The notes under the pieces were generated by a model that was not told where the DNA came from, did not search any database, and saw nothing but the letters and a program-made list of their open reading frames with translations. Made by a program: the position numbers and the translations under genes. Shown piece after piece: positions 1 through 10,517 of a DNA stretch of 64,000 nucleotides (position 1 is its first letter; each line of letters begins with the position of its first letter). Location: positions 320,001 through 384,000 of the forward strand of contig JAXCHI010000002.1 in NCBI GenBank assembly GCA_033977065.1, read 5' to 3'. Source of the stretch: Candidatus Algichlamydia australiensis (lineage in GTDB: Bacteria > Chlamydiota > Chlamydiia > Chlamydiales > JAJFMI01).

Positions 1-583
1 CACGGTAGACCTTGCGAAATTTTTCCATCTCGGCTCCACGAATCGCACTGACGACATGGCGCATAAACGTCTCACCTCGCACATAAAAAACGCGCTGTCC
101 TTCCTGGCGTAATTTTTTACATAATGCCATGAGCAAGTGACTCTTTCCTGAGCCCTTCGGGCCATAAAGATAGATGGGATTGAACTCTTCAGAAGGCTTT
201 TTAGAGATCTCTTCAAAAAGTTTAAAGCTCATCTGATTCTCATCAGAAACAACAAAGTTTGAAAAGTGCGCGTAAGGATCAACAGCATCGCTTGCAAAAA
301 CAAGCTCCTCTCCTTTTTCGCTCTGGGATTTTTCAGAAATAATGTTTTGTTTGGCAAGGGTTATATGAATGCGAATAGGGCGACCGGAAGGGGTGCGCAG
401 TTTTTTTTCTGCTTTTTCACGAAGGTGCTGCTCAAACCATTCCCGAACAAAAGCGTCTTTTGCCTCTAAAAAGAGATTGCGCGCATCAAAGCGCGCAAGT
501 ACCAAGGCTTTGAGCCACTTATTGCTGTTAGCGACTCCTAACTCTTTCTCTTGGCTTTTTACAAAGTTCTCCCATGCCTTCAT
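1..583 (-). CDS. dnaA: Chromosomal replication initiator DnaA (chlamydial dnaA1 type), truncated by the window edge
   Basis: Manual translation from the ATG at 583 gives MKAWENFVKSQEKELG..NKWL..FDARNLFLEAKDAF, then FNPIYLYGPKGSGKSHLLMA (Walker A). The frame stays open to position 1. It is missing from the ORF track because it has no stop in the window. Confidence 0.93.
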   Translation of the reverse strand, partial: MKAWENFVKSQEKELGVANSNKWLKALVLARFDARNLFLEAKDAFVREWFEQHLREKAEKKLRTPSGRPIRIHITLAKQNIISEKSQSEKGEELVFASDAVDPYAHFSNFVVSDENQMSFKLFEEISKKPSEEFNPIYLYGPKGSGKSHLLMALCKKLRQEGQRVFYVRGETFMRHVVSAIRGAEMEKFRKVYR

Positions 584-615
584 TCACTAGAGTGTAGGAG
601 AAGCCCTATTTCAAT

Positions 616-2058
616 TCAAACAGCAGCAAGTTTAGCTTTTTCTTTTAAAATATTTTTAACTTCTGCAGGGCAATTCTCTTTCCAAGGATTGCTCTGATTG
701 ATTGCATCTCTCTTTTTTGAAATAAATGCAAGAACAGCATTAACAGCAGATTGTAACGGATTTACACCATTCTTAATTTGGCAGTGTAGCATCCAATTTT
801 TCACTTTTTCATTTGTGTCTTGGAGAACTTTAAATTGTTTTCCCCCGGGATCATTTGGATTCCTGTCGGGATGAAGTTTCAACGAAAGTTTAAGAAAGTT
901 TTTTCTAAGTGTTTGAGCGCTATCATTCTCTGTTACTTCAAGGGCTGCAAACTCATCTTGAGTTGGCTTTTCAAATACCTCTCCGTCCTTTGAGGACGTT
1001 GTTTGATGCAAAACATCCCAAAGCGCAGGAAGATATTCTAGCCTGAATTCTCCACTTGCAAATAGAGCATTAGAAAACTCTTCTTGTGACGGGGGGTGAT
1101 CAGAAAGAATCTTTGTGATTTTTTGAATGATTTCCTCTTTCTGTTTTAGTGCTTCCTTCTTATCGTTATGTGCGGCTTCAATGTAAAATTGGTCACCAAG
1201 AGGACTGTTATGTTCAGGGCTTTTAAGACGTTCTATTTCTTGGTCATAATTTTCTCCTTTGTAAACAGCTATATCAAGAAGAATATTTGTGAGAGCCTTC
1301 ATAGGTAACGATTCTAGTAGCTTACTATTATCTGATAAAAGTCCTATGGCTGTGAGTATCTTAGGATATCTAGCAGTGGTTTGATTTTGAGTGCCAACTG
1401 ATTTTCTAAACTCATCAATGCCTATATTTTTGCTTAGTATGTACAAGCCCAATGGTGAAAGCTTATTTGCATATTTTTCTTTATTTTCTGTGCTGAGATT
1501 ACTCCAGATTTCATCAACTAAGCAGAATTCAAGAGCCTCTTGCTGTTTGAGATTTCCGCAAGAGGGCTTACCAACAAGTGATAATTTTGCAAACTGTTTC
1601 TCTGAAAGTATTTCTCTTAAGAAGTGTTTCTGCAAGTTGGTTAAGGAAGCAAAAACGCTCATTGCGTCATTGGAAGTTGAAAGTGTCCAATACCATGAAG
1701 AGAAGAAAACTTTCATATGCTTGTAACCAAGCGGTTTTCCAAATTCTAATGCTCCTTGCTCTTCTAATCTCTCAGTAAATGAAGTAGCTGAAAACTCAAT
1801 TATTTTATTAAACGAGAAATAATAAGCTGCTGTGAGAGTGACTAAGAGAGTGGTAAGGGCAATTCCTCCTTTTACATCAGAAAATTTGCAGTTTGGTGTT
1901 TTAGAAGCCCATTCGTATGTTTGTCCAGCCATACCCAAAGCTGACAATCCTAGCATTGCAAGGACAAATCCGTAGGTTTTACCGACCACAGCTCCCTGCT
2001 GTTCACAAAGGTCCATAAGAGTAAAAGAAGGTCTGTGTGGTTGTACTGGTTTTAACAT
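616..2058 (-). CDS. Hypothetical membrane protein with a C-terminal DnaJ (J) domain
   Basis: Two N-terminal hydrophobic stretches. LRKNFLKLSLKLHPDRNPNDPGGKQFKVLQD is a J-domain with an intact HPD. GGAG RBS upstream; AT-rich. Confidence 0.8.
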   Translation of the reverse strand: MLKPVQPHRPSFTLMDLCEQQGAVVGKTYGFVLAMLGLSALGMAGQTYEWASKTPNCKFSDVKGGIALTTLLVTLTAAYYFSFNKIIEFSATSFTERLEEQGALEFGKPLGYKHMKVFFSSWYWTLSTSNDAMSVFASLTNLQKHFLREILSEKQFAKLSLVGKPSCGNLKQQEALEFCLVDEIWSNLSTENKEKYANKLSPLGLYILSKNIGIDEFRKSVGTQNQTTARYPKILTAIGLLSDNSKLLESLPMKALTNILLDIAVYKGENYDQEIERLKSPEHNSPLGDQFYIEAAHNDKKEALKQKEEIIQKITKILSDHPPSQEEFSNALFASGEFRLEYLPALWDVLHQTTSSKDGEVFEKPTQDEFAALEVTENDSAQTLRKNFLKLSLKLHPDRNPNDPGGKQFKVLQDTNEKVKNWMLHCQIKNGVNPLQSAVNAVLAFISKKRDAINQSNPWKENCPAEVKNILKEKAKLAAV

Positions 2059-2129
2059 GTTTATCTCCGTATAAATTCAAGAGACCATTTTAACACATTC
2101 TTAAATAAACTCCGAATATTAAATAAAAA

Positions 2130-4493
2130 TTATGCTTTTTGAGGGGAAGATTTACCATTCATCTTTTTGTGAGTGTACCACTGCTGGAGGGCTGAGAGAC
2201 TCATCGAGGAGATCCAGTAGAGATTCAAGCCTGAGGGGAAGCGGTAGAAGAGGAAGGTGAAGACAACAGCCATTATCGTGCCCATGTTTTGGGCCTGTTT
2301 CTCTTGCTCGTTTGCTGGTTTTTTCCCAGAGAGCTTCTTCATCATGCGCTGCTGTAGGAACATGATGCCACCGAGTAGGAAGGGGAGGAGGTGGAATGAA
2401 GTACCAAAGAAAGGGATAGGGGTGCTCCATGAAAAGAGAATATCGGGGGCAGTCAGGTTGTCAATCCAGCCTGGGATGAAACTGGCTCCGCGGAGCGCAA
2501 AGACAGATTTGAGTAGATCAAACATTCCAATGAGGAAAGGCATCTGGATCAGCATGGGGAGGCAGCCGCCCATGAGTGGATTCGCGCCGCCCTCTTTGTA
2601 GAGTTTCATCATCTCCATCTTTTGACGCTGTGGATCTTTTGCATAGCGCTCTTGGATCGCTTTAATTTTTGGCGAGAGCTGCTGCATGCGGATTGTCGAT
2701 TTGACGGACCAAGCGTTCAGCGGATAGAGCATGATGCGCAAGAAAACGGTGAGAAGAATAATGGAGAAGCCCCAAGAGTGGACGACTTGGTAGATCATGT
2801 TGAGGACAAAGAAGAGAAACTTAGCAAAGGGCGCGGAGATGAACGAGAAGATTCCGTGAAAGCTTATAGCTGACTTGTAATCGGGGTTGTAACCTTGATC
2901 GGCGTAGGCTTGATCTACTTGTTTGAGGACAGTTGATTCAAGTGGACCGGCGTAGAAGCGAAAGGTTTGGGTCTGGTTTGTCGGGGCAAGAGGGAGGAAA
3001 GTTTCGTAGCCGGGAAACTTTGCGGCTGGGTAGAGGTTGTGTTCAGCGTCGATGATGGTCAGACGCGAAGGGTCAAAGTTGCCAGGGACGTGGTCTGTTT
3101 TAAGACCGGGGCCAATGTCTGTGAGAGGATCGAGCAGTAGGGTAAAAAAGCCGTTGGAGTTGCTGACCCAGTCAGGCTGCATATGGGCGTAGGTTGTGGA
3201 GTCTTTTTTTGGCAGGCTGAGTTTTGATACTTCTACCTTATCAATGTGTGAGCTGCGTACTTTAATATCGGGGTTGGAGCGTCCTGAAATGAGCTCTGCT
3301 TCAGGTATTCCGCTGCCAAGCCAGAGACCGCGTGTATCTCCGTCAACGCGAACAGAAAGATCTAGCACGTAGGGTGCGTTGGTGTTTTCTGGAGGAAAGG
3401 AGTAGGTTTTGGTGATGCGACGACTGCTAGTTGTTGCTTCAAACACAATTTGATTTTGTGTTTGGCTACGCATAGTAAAGGGAAGGGCAGAGAGCCCAGG
3501 ATCTGAGGACTGGATCGTTAGGGCGTTAAAACGAGGAGATTCTTGAAAGGCATTTTTTCCTTGAATGCTGCGACGGAGGAGGGGGTAGTAACCGCCTTTT
3601 GTCGGTTGCATTTGCACGCGGCTTCCTGAGGCATCGACAATTTGATAGCTGTTATTAGGAAAGCGGTCGTTGAGAGAGTATTTTTCAGCAATGATGCGGT
3701 CAGCTTCTACAGGAAGAACAACGCTCGCATTATCTTTATCACTTTTGAAGGGTAGGTTGATTTCACTGATCGATCCGCCAATATTGGAAAAGACGATCTG
3801 CTGGTACTCATTTTCTAATACGTAAAACTGCTCTTGAACCCCTTGTGTTGTTTTGGGTTTTAAGATGGTAATGGCTTCTTGAAAGTGGATATCAGCTGTC
3901 AGCTCTTCATAGCGCCCTTTTAGGGAGTCATAGTAGCCAACAGGGACGTAATTACCTGCAAAATTGTAGAGGGCGATTGCAGGCTCTGCTGGCTTTCCAG
4001 AGGGGAAGAGAAGGGTGTTGTCTTCAGAGACGGCAAGTGTAACAGTGGGAGATTGTCCGAGGGTAACAAGTTGCAGGTCGTAAGCGCCAATCTGCGGTGG
4101 GTAGGTAGAAGCTAGAGATTCGCCTTCACTTGCTGTATAGAGAAATGGAGCACCGAGATCTCCTTTGATTGAGAGAGAGAGTTTTTTTCCATTTTTCGTG
4201 TAAAGAACTGAGGGGCGGTTGTCGAATGGGGTGATGAGATAATTTTCTCCGTACTGCAATGCGTTTGTTGCAAACTCTGCGCCCGCTTCATCGCGATAGA
4301 GTGCGGTGAGAGGGAACTGGCTCATTGAGGCGACGCGACCAGATACGTCCTGGACCATGAGCTGCTGTTCTTTGGCTTTTTGCTCTTTATATTTTTGAAT
4401 CGCAGCATCTTCACCCTTGCGGAAGAAGAGAGATTGAATGAGAAAAAAGGAGCAGGTTGTAATAACCAAAAAAAGTGTTGTGCGTTTATCCAT
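2130..4493 (-). CDS. yidC: Membrane protein insertase YidC (long chlamydial form)
   Basis: Probable start MDKRT at 4493. Motifs WGFSIILLTVFLRIMLYPL, GGCLPMLIQMP and PSGLNLYW; large periplasmic domain. Confidence 0.96.
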   Translation of the reverse strand: MDKRTTLFLVITTCSFFLIQSLFFRKGEDAAIQKYKEQKAKEQQLMVQDVSGRVASMSQFPLTALYRDEAGAEFATNALQYGENYLITPFDNRPSVLYTKNGKKLSLSIKGDLGAPFLYTASEGESLASTYPPQIGAYDLQLVTLGQSPTVTLAVSEDNTLLFPSGKPAEPAIALYNFAGNYVPVGYYDSLKGRYEELTADIHFQEAITILKPKTTQGVQEQFYVLENEYQQIVFSNIGGSISEINLPFKSDKDNASVVLPVEADRIIAEKYSLNDRFPNNSYQIVDASGSRVQMQPTKGGYYPLLRRSIQGKNAFQESPRFNALTIQSSDPGLSALPFTMRSQTQNQIVFEATTSSRRITKTYSFPPENTNAPYVLDLSVRVDGDTRGLWLGSGIPEAELISGRSNPDIKVRSSHIDKVEVSKLSLPKKDSTTYAHMQPDWVSNSNGFFTLLLDPLTDIGPGLKTDHVPGNFDPSRLTIIDAEHNLYPAAKFPGYETFLPLAPTNQTQTFRFYAGPLESTVLKQVDQAYADQGYNPDYKSAISFHGIFSFISAPFAKFLFFVLNMIYQVVHSWGFSIILLTVFLRIMLYPLNAWSVKSTIRMQQLSPKIKAIQERYAKDPQRQKMEMMKLYKEGGANPLMGGCLPMLIQMPFLIGMFDLLKSVFALRGASFIPGWIDNLTAPDILFSWSTPIPFFGTSFHLLPFLLGGIMFLQQRMMKKLSGKKPANEQEKQAQNMGTIMAVVFTFLFYRFPSGLNLYWISSMSLSALQQWYTHKKMNGKSSPQKA

Positions 4494-6540
4494 ACTTGTT
4501 CGTGCGATCCTCAAATTTTTGCATAAATTTTTTAAATGCAGGTTCATCCCGTATTGGGTCTAGCCACTCATCATGCATGAGTTCATGATAGGAGGGAAGA
4601 ACTTCGTGCTTTTCCGACTTTTCTAAAAAGCGCATGGCGTGTGGAAAATTTTCTTGCTGTATCTCTAAGCAGGCAAGATGAAAAAAGGCGGGCGCGTAGC
4701 CGTGGCGTGCAGCTTGCGTCAATTTTTGTCTTGCCATTTGAAAGTAACTCTCAGCCTCTTCGCTGTTTTCTAGAGAAGAGCCAAGGCTGATAAGAGTCAC
4801 ACCCCAGTCAAGTAGGAGTTGCTCTTCGTTATCTGTGCGCTTCTCTTCTAAGCGGTAGTGGTGCAGAGCGCGCAAAAAGATAGAGGGGTCATCCAGGAGC
4901 TCTCCAAGATGGGAGTAGACAATAGCAAGGCGGTAGTGAATTTGGGGAAACTCGGGGTCTACGAGCAAAATTTGATTCAAAAGATCGAGTGCCTGGATAT
5001 AGATCCCTTCATCATCCTCGTAATCTCCCAACATATCGAGTGCACTTGCGTACTCAAAGTGCCATCTAGGCAGTGTGTAAAGAGCATTTTTATGAAGAGA
5101 GAAAGCCTTTTCAAATTGGGAAAGCGCTAACTCAAGTGGCGCTTTTTTTCCTTCTAGTTCCGCATTTTTTGTCAGGGCTGTTGCGAGAGTGTAGTGGTGA
5201 ACACTTGACCCTTTTAGATTCAGCGCACGCTTGAGAAAGCGGAGGCTCAAATTCAAATCTTCACGTTCGCCTGCGTAGTCGAAGCAGTAGAGGTAGGCGC
5301 GACCCATTGCGTACCAGATATGAAAGTTTGTTGAGCGGAAGGAGAGTCCTTTTTGGTACTTTTCAATCGCCTGAAAGTGGTAATCAAGATCGTCGTAATA
5401 GATCCCAAGTGCTTCGAGTGATTCGCCGTAGGCAAGGAAGAATTCAGGGTCAGATTTACACTTGCTTTCAATGCCATTTAGGATGTTTTGTCCATCGTAA
5501 ATCCAATTGATCTCTTCACGACTTTTGCCAATTGCTGTAAGAAGGCGTGCCTTTAAAATATTGATTTCGAGGTTGCGGTTGTGGAATCGCGCAGCGCGCT
5601 TGCACTTATCTAGACCGCTTACAAGCAATTTTCGATTGTTTGTATGCGTGCCGGCAGTGAGCAAAAGCTTTGCTGATGCAGTCCAGACAGAGAGGTTATT
5701 TGAGCCTAGCTCGGTCGCAGTTGCAAAAGACTCACTTGCTTGTACAAAGTGCTCTTCATCAAGTGTGAGGTAGAAAATTTTTGCAAAGGCTTGTCCTAGA
5801 TCGTACCAGCATGAGAATGAGCTTAGCTCGCATGATACAGCGTGTTTGAGATGTTCAATTCCTTTTTGATAGAGAGAGAAATCGTTGAGCTGCTCAGCAA
5901 GGCAGATAGTTGTATTGCCAAAAATTTGCCAGAATTCTGCAGGAAATTTCTCTTTTGTGGCTGCTGCTTTTTCAAAGGATTGCAGAGCGAGCCGTGTGTC
6001 AAGTGCTTCGCCGGACTGATTAGCAATAGCAACCCATGCTAAGGCGTGATCCCAGTAGAGGTCGGGAAGGATGTCTCTAGCAATCAGATCTTTTGACTCA
6101 AGCGCTTCGGTAAAAATTTCTTTCGCTTTTTGAAAATAATGATTTTCACTACGCTGTTTGCCAAGAATAAAATAGGCACAACCTAGAGGATGAAGACTTT
6201 TGGCATCCTTAACGCGATTCAAAAATCGTATTGCTGGTAAAAGATATTTTTCTTTACTCGGTGCACTTCCAAAATGGAAGGCGGCAAGACCCATCGAATA
6301 AAAGAGCTCGAGATTTTCTGGGTCGTTGGCAGCAGCAAGTTCAAAAAATTGAAATCCACTTGCATCGCCTTGTAAGAGCTTAGTTTCCCCCTTACGGAAA
6401 AGTACATCCGAAACGGAGTCTCCTTGAAGAAGATCTTCTTCAAGGAGGAGTTCTTCTAGAAGACTGCGCTGCTTTGGGGCCTCTTTTTCAAAAAAAGACT
6501 CCCTAAGTAGACTCTCTGGGGTTTGCTTTGCTCTGTCCAT
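4486..6540 (-). CDS. Tetratricopeptide-repeat protein
   Basis: Repeated helical TPR-like units (e.g. WYDLGQAF, WYAMGRAYL, HYRLAIVYSHLG). Its stop overlaps the yidC start. Confidence 0.8.
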   Translation of the reverse strand: MDRAKQTPESLLRESFFEKEAPKQRSLLEELLLEEDLLQGDSVSDVLFRKGETKLLQGDASGFQFFELAAANDPENLELFYSMGLAAFHFGSAPSKEKYLLPAIRFLNRVKDAKSLHPLGCAYFILGKQRSENHYFQKAKEIFTEALESKDLIARDILPDLYWDHALAWVAIANQSGEALDTRLALQSFEKAAATKEKFPAEFWQIFGNTTICLAEQLNDFSLYQKGIEHLKHAVSCELSSFSCWYDLGQAFAKIFYLTLDEEHFVQASESFATATELGSNNLSVWTASAKLLLTAGTHTNNRKLLVSGLDKCKRAARFHNRNLEINILKARLLTAIGKSREEINWIYDGQNILNGIESKCKSDPEFFLAYGESLEALGIYYDDLDYHFQAIEKYQKGLSFRSTNFHIWYAMGRAYLYCFDYAGEREDLNLSLRFLKRALNLKGSSVHHYTLATALTKNAELEGKKAPLELALSQFEKAFSLHKNALYTLPRWHFEYASALDMLGDYEDDEGIYIQALDLLNQILLVDPEFPQIHYRLAIVYSHLGELLDDPSIFLRALHHYRLEEKRTDNEEQLLLDWGVTLISLGSSLENSEEAESYFQMARQKLTQAARHGYAPAFFHLACLEIQQENFPHAMRFLEKSEKHEVLPSYHELMHDEWLDPIRDEPAFKKFMQKFEDRTNKYG

Positions 6541-6583
6541 CAATAGTTGTGGATTATACCCTTCTTCCTGCACAATCGTCAAC

Positions 6584-7021
6584 ATGAGAAAGTTCGATTT
6601 TCAAAATAATTTTATATATAAAAAATTTGTTCATATGGCCGATACAGACGCCACGCAAAATCTTTACTTTACAGCTCCTCTACGCTTTTCTACAGAGGCA
6701 TTTGAGCGCTTTTTACATGAAGAAGACTTCGATTTAAAAGGTCTGCAACTTCCTATTGTGCATACCGAATCGGACCTTTTCTCTCCCACAAAACGCGGCG
6801 AAGAACTGACCATTTATTTAACGCTTTACAAGCTTGGAACGAGCTCATTTACTTTGCAAACAGAACTCTTCTCTGATCGCCTTATCGGACGCAATCGCAT
6901 TGTCCATGTAGCATTTGACTCTGTAAGAAAATGCTCAGTGGAGATTCCGGCAGAGTTGCGCGCTCTTCTCCTCACGATCAAGGGGGAAGAAGTTGTCGGG
7001 AATCTTAAAGCGCGGGAGTAG
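6584..7021 (+). CDS. Hot-dog-fold thioesterase, probable 1,4-dihydroxy-2-naphthoyl-CoA hydrolase
   Basis: DTDATQNLYF and LPIVHTESDLFSP..GEEL resemble 4HBT/cyanobacterial-type DHNA-CoA thioesterases. It converges on menE. Confidence 0.75.
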   Translation: MRKFDFQNNFIYKKFVHMADTDATQNLYFTAPLRFSTEAFERFLHEEDFDLKGLQLPIVHTESDLFSPTKRGEELTIYLTLYKLGTSSFTLQTELFSDRLIGRNRIVHVAFDSVRKCSVEIPAELRALLLTIKGEEVVGNLKARE

Positions 7022-8041
7022 CTCTTCTAGTTTTTCTCGAATATTTACTATGGGAAAAGGGTCGAGGTAGGCGATGGGACGCATTCCAAATTTGGGATTC
7101 TCTTTTGCTTCTACAAGAGCGCGCTGAACTTCTGGAATGGAGAGGAGCGCAGCCTCGATCTCTTCAGGTTGAATATTCTCCCCACCGCTGATGAATTGGC
7201 GATCTTTGCGCCCCACAATTTGCAAACCCTGGTTGCTAAGCCGTCCGATATCTTTTGTGCAGAACCACTCTCCAGGCGCATCCTCACCCAGATAACCGGC
7301 AAAAAGTGTTTTGCCTCCCACCAAAATCTCGCCATCATCTGCAAGCTTGAGTTTGCGGTAAGGAAGAACTTGAAGAAACTGATTAGGATTCCACGGTGCA
7401 GCAGCAATTACGGAGCTCATTTCTGTCATGCCGTAACTGATCCAGATCGGGAGATCATAACTTCCCAAATTGTGCGGCATCGCTTGTCCGCCAAGTAGAA
7501 CGGTTCGTAGGCTCGGGTACGCTCTTTTTTTTAATCGCATTAGCTGTAGAGGAACAAACGAGACGCGCGTAATTTTTTCGCATATGATCTCTTTAGAAAA
7601 ATCGGGACTTTGTGGAATGACAAGTGTGCCACCTGAAAGCAGCGCGCGCCAGATGATTGCGAGACCTCCCACGTGGAAGTAGGGCAGAGTGAGTAAGAAT
7701 CGATCGGACTCGTTTAGATCAAAAGTTTTGATCGCTCCTAATGCGCTGTAAATTAGATTTTCTTTTGTGAGTTGTGCAATTTTTGGGTTGCCAGAAGAGC
7801 CAGAAGTCAAAAGTGAAGGGTAGATCGTCTCTTTCTGCGCAAATTCTCTCGCTTGTGCAAATGGTAGGCGGTAGGAGAGGGGAAAGGGGTTGATTGATTT
7901 CAGCAAGTAAAGAATTGATTCTAGCGTGTTGTGGGCGTAAAACGGGGGACTTTTTTGTTGAAAAATTTCTAGCTCACCGTAGGTGATCGAGCGCTTGCCA
8001 TCTTGAATAGCAATTTTATTAGAATTGGTATGAGATAGCAT
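6935..8041 (-). CDS. menE: O-succinylbenzoate-CoA ligase
   Basis: AMP-binding motifs TSGSSGNPK, YGMTEMSS and GRKDRQFISGGENIQPEEIE; men cluster context. Confidence 0.9.
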   Translation of the reverse strand: MLSHTNSNKIAIQDGKRSITYGELEIFQQKSPPFYAHNTLESILYLLKSINPFPLSYRLPFAQAREFAQKETIYPSLLTSGSSGNPKIAQLTKENLIYSALGAIKTFDLNESDRFLLTLPYFHVGGLAIIWRALLSGGTLVIPQSPDFSKEIICEKITRVSFVPLQLMRLKKRAYPSLRTVLLGGQAMPHNLGSYDLPIWISYGMTEMSSVIAAAPWNPNQFLQVLPYRKLKLADDGEILVGGKTLFAGYLGEDAPGEWFCTKDIGRLSNQGLQIVGRKDRQFISGGENIQPEEIEAALLSIPEVQRALVEAKENPKFGMRPIAYLDPFPIVNIREKLEELLPRFKIPDNFFPLDREEKSAQLCRNLH

Positions 8042-8774
8042 CGAGTCCCATTGCCTCTGTTGGAAAGCCACAAGTTATAGCCATATGTTTAATGGCTTCC
8101 AAGCCTACGCTACTTTCATAGCTTGTACTAAGGTGTGAAATGATTCCGCGTTTTTTGCCTTCATCGCGTAAAAAACAGCACAACCCAACTCCTCCTTGTA
8201 GAGTCGGCTTAATAATAAAGTGGTCAGCAGTTTGAAGGCAAAAACTTAAAGGGCGATCGCGCAGAGATTCATCAAGTGCATAGGGGTGGGGGCAGCACTT
8301 TTTTAATGTAAGAATTTGTTCGGGATATTCAAGGGGTTCTTCCACAAACTGAAACGCTCCTTCTGGAAACGCACCTAAAACCATTTTTGCTTTTTCAAGC
8401 GAGTATTTTCGATTGATATCGAGGCGCAAAGGGATTTTTCCCACATACTTACGAATCAAGATTATTGCCTCTTCAGCTGTTAAGTGCCCTATTTTTAACT
8501 TTAGCGCTTTGCACCCTTCCTGCATTTTGTTCAGCGCACAAATTCCGACCCGGAGCCTAACCTTCGGAAATTTTTTTTGGAGAAAAAGCGATTCGAGCCC
8601 AAAGGAGACCGAAGGGGCAAACGTTCCCTCGCGCAAATGGGTGATCGCATCGTCAAGAGATTCTCTGCTCCAGCCAGGAAGAGGAGCTACTTCGCTTTTT
8701 GCATCTCCCCAAATCAGGTGTAGGCCTTTACGCCTGTTGTGCTGATATTGAAAAATTTCTAAAGGAAGTGGCAT
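8019..8774 (-). CDS. menC: O-succinylbenzoate synthase (enolase superfamily)
   Basis: Motifs EVAPLPGWSRESL, KLKIG, LRLDIN, EEP, ALDESL and IIKPTLQGG. Confidence 0.88.
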   Translation of the reverse strand: MPLPLEIFQYQHNRRKGLHLIWGDAKSEVAPLPGWSRESLDDAITHLREGTFAPSVSFGLESLFLQKKFPKVRLRVGICALNKMQEGCKALKLKIGHLTAEEAIILIRKYVGKIPLRLDINRKYSLEKAKMVLGAFPEGAFQFVEEPLEYPEQILTLKKCCPHPYALDESLRDRPLSFCLQTADHFIIKPTLQGGVGLCCFLRDEGKKRGIISHLSTSYESSVGLEAIKHMAITCGFPTEAMGLDAISYQF

Positions 8775-9607
8775 AGCGCAAGCAGTAGACAGAAGCTGAA
8801 CTCGAGCGGGGGCGTTTTGGCGAATGCAATCCGATCATCTTGTACTTGCAAGAGTTGAATTGTGGGAATCAGAAAAATTGCAGAGGGAAGCATTAGAAGG
8901 GGTTTTCTTGTCATCATTGCGTAAGGAATAGGAAGGATAAGAGCAACCAGAATGGAGATAGAAAAAAGTTGTAGTGCGACATTACGACCGAAGCGTACAG
9001 GAATGGTTTTACGGCCCGCCTCGCAATCTCCTTCTAAATCGCGAATGTTGTTGCGGTTTAAAATTGCAGCAGAGTAAAGCCCTGGAACAAACCCTAGCCA
9101 AATACCTGGAAAATAGAGCGCTTTTGTTTGCAAAAAAATGGTTCCGCCGACAGCAATTGGCCCAAAGAAGAGAAGAGTGACAAGATCTCCAAGCCCAATT
9201 CGCGCAAGTGAGTGCGATCCGGCTGTGTAAAAAATAGCGAAAGCGATTGAGAGGGCAAGCAAAAAAGCAAAAATCGCTCCGCCTTGGAAAATTAAGTAGC
9301 TTCCTAAAACAGCTGCAAAGCCAAACGTTAGAAAAATGCCCTTGGCCATCGCAGTTTTTTGGATCAAACCCGATGCAACAGCGCGCGTTGGTCCGACGCG
9401 TTTATTCGTATCGACACCTTGCTTGGCATCAAAAAAATCATTTGTAAGATTGGCGCCCATCTGAATTGTCAGTGCGCAAAAGAGCGTGCAAAGATAGAGA
9501 GGAAAATCAAAGCTTCCCAGCTGGAACGCGATGGCTCCGCCCAAAAGAACGGGAGCCATTCCGATCAGTAAAGTTTTTGGCCTTGCGGCTAGCACCCAGT
9601 TTTTCAT
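8759..9607 (-). CDS. menA: DHNA octaprenyltransferase
   Basis: Motifs [18 protein letters not shown] and [13 protein letters not shown]; multiple TM segments. Confidence 0.93.
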   Translation of the reverse strand: MKNWVLAARPKTLLIGMAPVLLGGAIAFQLGSFDFPLYLCTLFCALTIQMGANLTNDFFDAKQGVDTNKRVGPTRAVASGLIQKTAMAKGIFLTFGFAAVLGSYLIFQGGAIFAFLLALSIAFAIFYTAGSHSLARIGLGDLVTLLFFGPIAVGGTIFLQTKALYFPGIWLGFVPGLYSAAILNRNNIRDLEGDCEAGRKTIPVRFGRNVALQLFSISILVALILPIPYAMMTRKPLLMLPSAIFLIPTIQLLQVQDDRIAFAKTPPLEFSFCLLLALCHFL

Positions 9608-10449
9608 GGTCTCTTAGGAAATTGCTTAAAGTTAGGCTTGCGTTTTTCAACAAAAGAGTTACGGCCCTCTTGTGCCTCCTCTGTCATATAGAAAAGAAGA
9701 GTTGCGTTGCCTGCAAGCTCTTGCAGGCCTGATTGACCATCGCAGTCCGCATTCATCGCCGCTTTGATGCAACGAATCGCAAGAGGGGAGTGTTCCAAAA
9801 TTTTCAAACACCACTCCACAGTGACCTGTTCCAAATCTTCTAAAGGTACAACTGTATTGACAAGTCCCATCTTCTCCGCTTCAAATGCATCGTACTGCTT
9901 GCAGAGATACCAGATCTCACGCGCTTTTTTTTGGCCGACATGACGTGCCAAATAGCTCGAACCAAAACCACCATCAAAAGAGCCAACTTTTGGCCCTGTC
10001 TGTCCAAAAATGGCATTCTCTGCTGCGATTGTGAGATCGCAAAGGACATGGAGAACATGACCGCCGCCAATCGCATAGCCAGCAACCATCGCCACAATTG
10101 GTTTGGGACAGTGACGCATCTGTTTTTGGAAATCCAAAACATTCAAACGGTTGGTGCCATCGTCGTCGGCATAACCTGCATCACCACGAATCTTCTGATC
10201 ACCGCCCGAGCAGAAAGCTTTTTCCCCTTTGCCAGTTAAAATAATCACGCCAATACTCTCGTCATTACGAGCATCTTCTAAAGCGCGCATCATCTCTTTT
10301 ACTGTTTGGGGGCGGAAGGCGTTGTGAACCTCCGGACGATTGATGGTGATCTTAGCGATCCCATTCCATTTATGATACTCAATGTCGGTAAACTCGCGAG
10401 CAACCGACCAATCAATTTTCTCTAGAAGCTGTTCCATGTGGGCCATCAT
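9604..10449 (-). CDS. menB: 1,4-dihydroxy-2-naphthoyl-CoA synthase
   Basis: Motifs [19 protein letters not shown] and [14 protein letters not shown]. The start is 10449 or 10437. Confidence 0.97.
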   Translation of the reverse strand: MMAHMEQLLEKIDWSVAREFTDIEYHKWNGIAKITINRPEVHNAFRPQTVKEMMRALEDARNDESIGVIILTGKGEKAFCSGGDQKIRGDAGYADDDGTNRLNVLDFQKQMRHCPKPIVAMVAGYAIGGGHVLHVLCDLTIAAENAIFGQTGPKVGSFDGGFGSSYLARHVGQKKAREIWYLCKQYDAFEAEKMGLVNTVVPLEDLEQVTVEWCLKILEHSPLAIRCIKAAMNADCDGQSGLQELAGNATLLFYMTEEAQEGRNSFVEKRKPNFKQFPKRP

Positions 10450-10517
10450 GCCTAAATAAAAAAAATCGTGCAATCTTGCTCTTGCTTTTTTTTAGTATGT
10501 GCTTTCATAATGCTGCT

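Noticed and set aside
266..590. Short plus-strand ORFs
   Set aside because: They are antisense to dnaA.
584..2129. oriC next to dnaA
   Set aside because: The intergenic gaps are very short and I saw no cluster of DnaA boxes.
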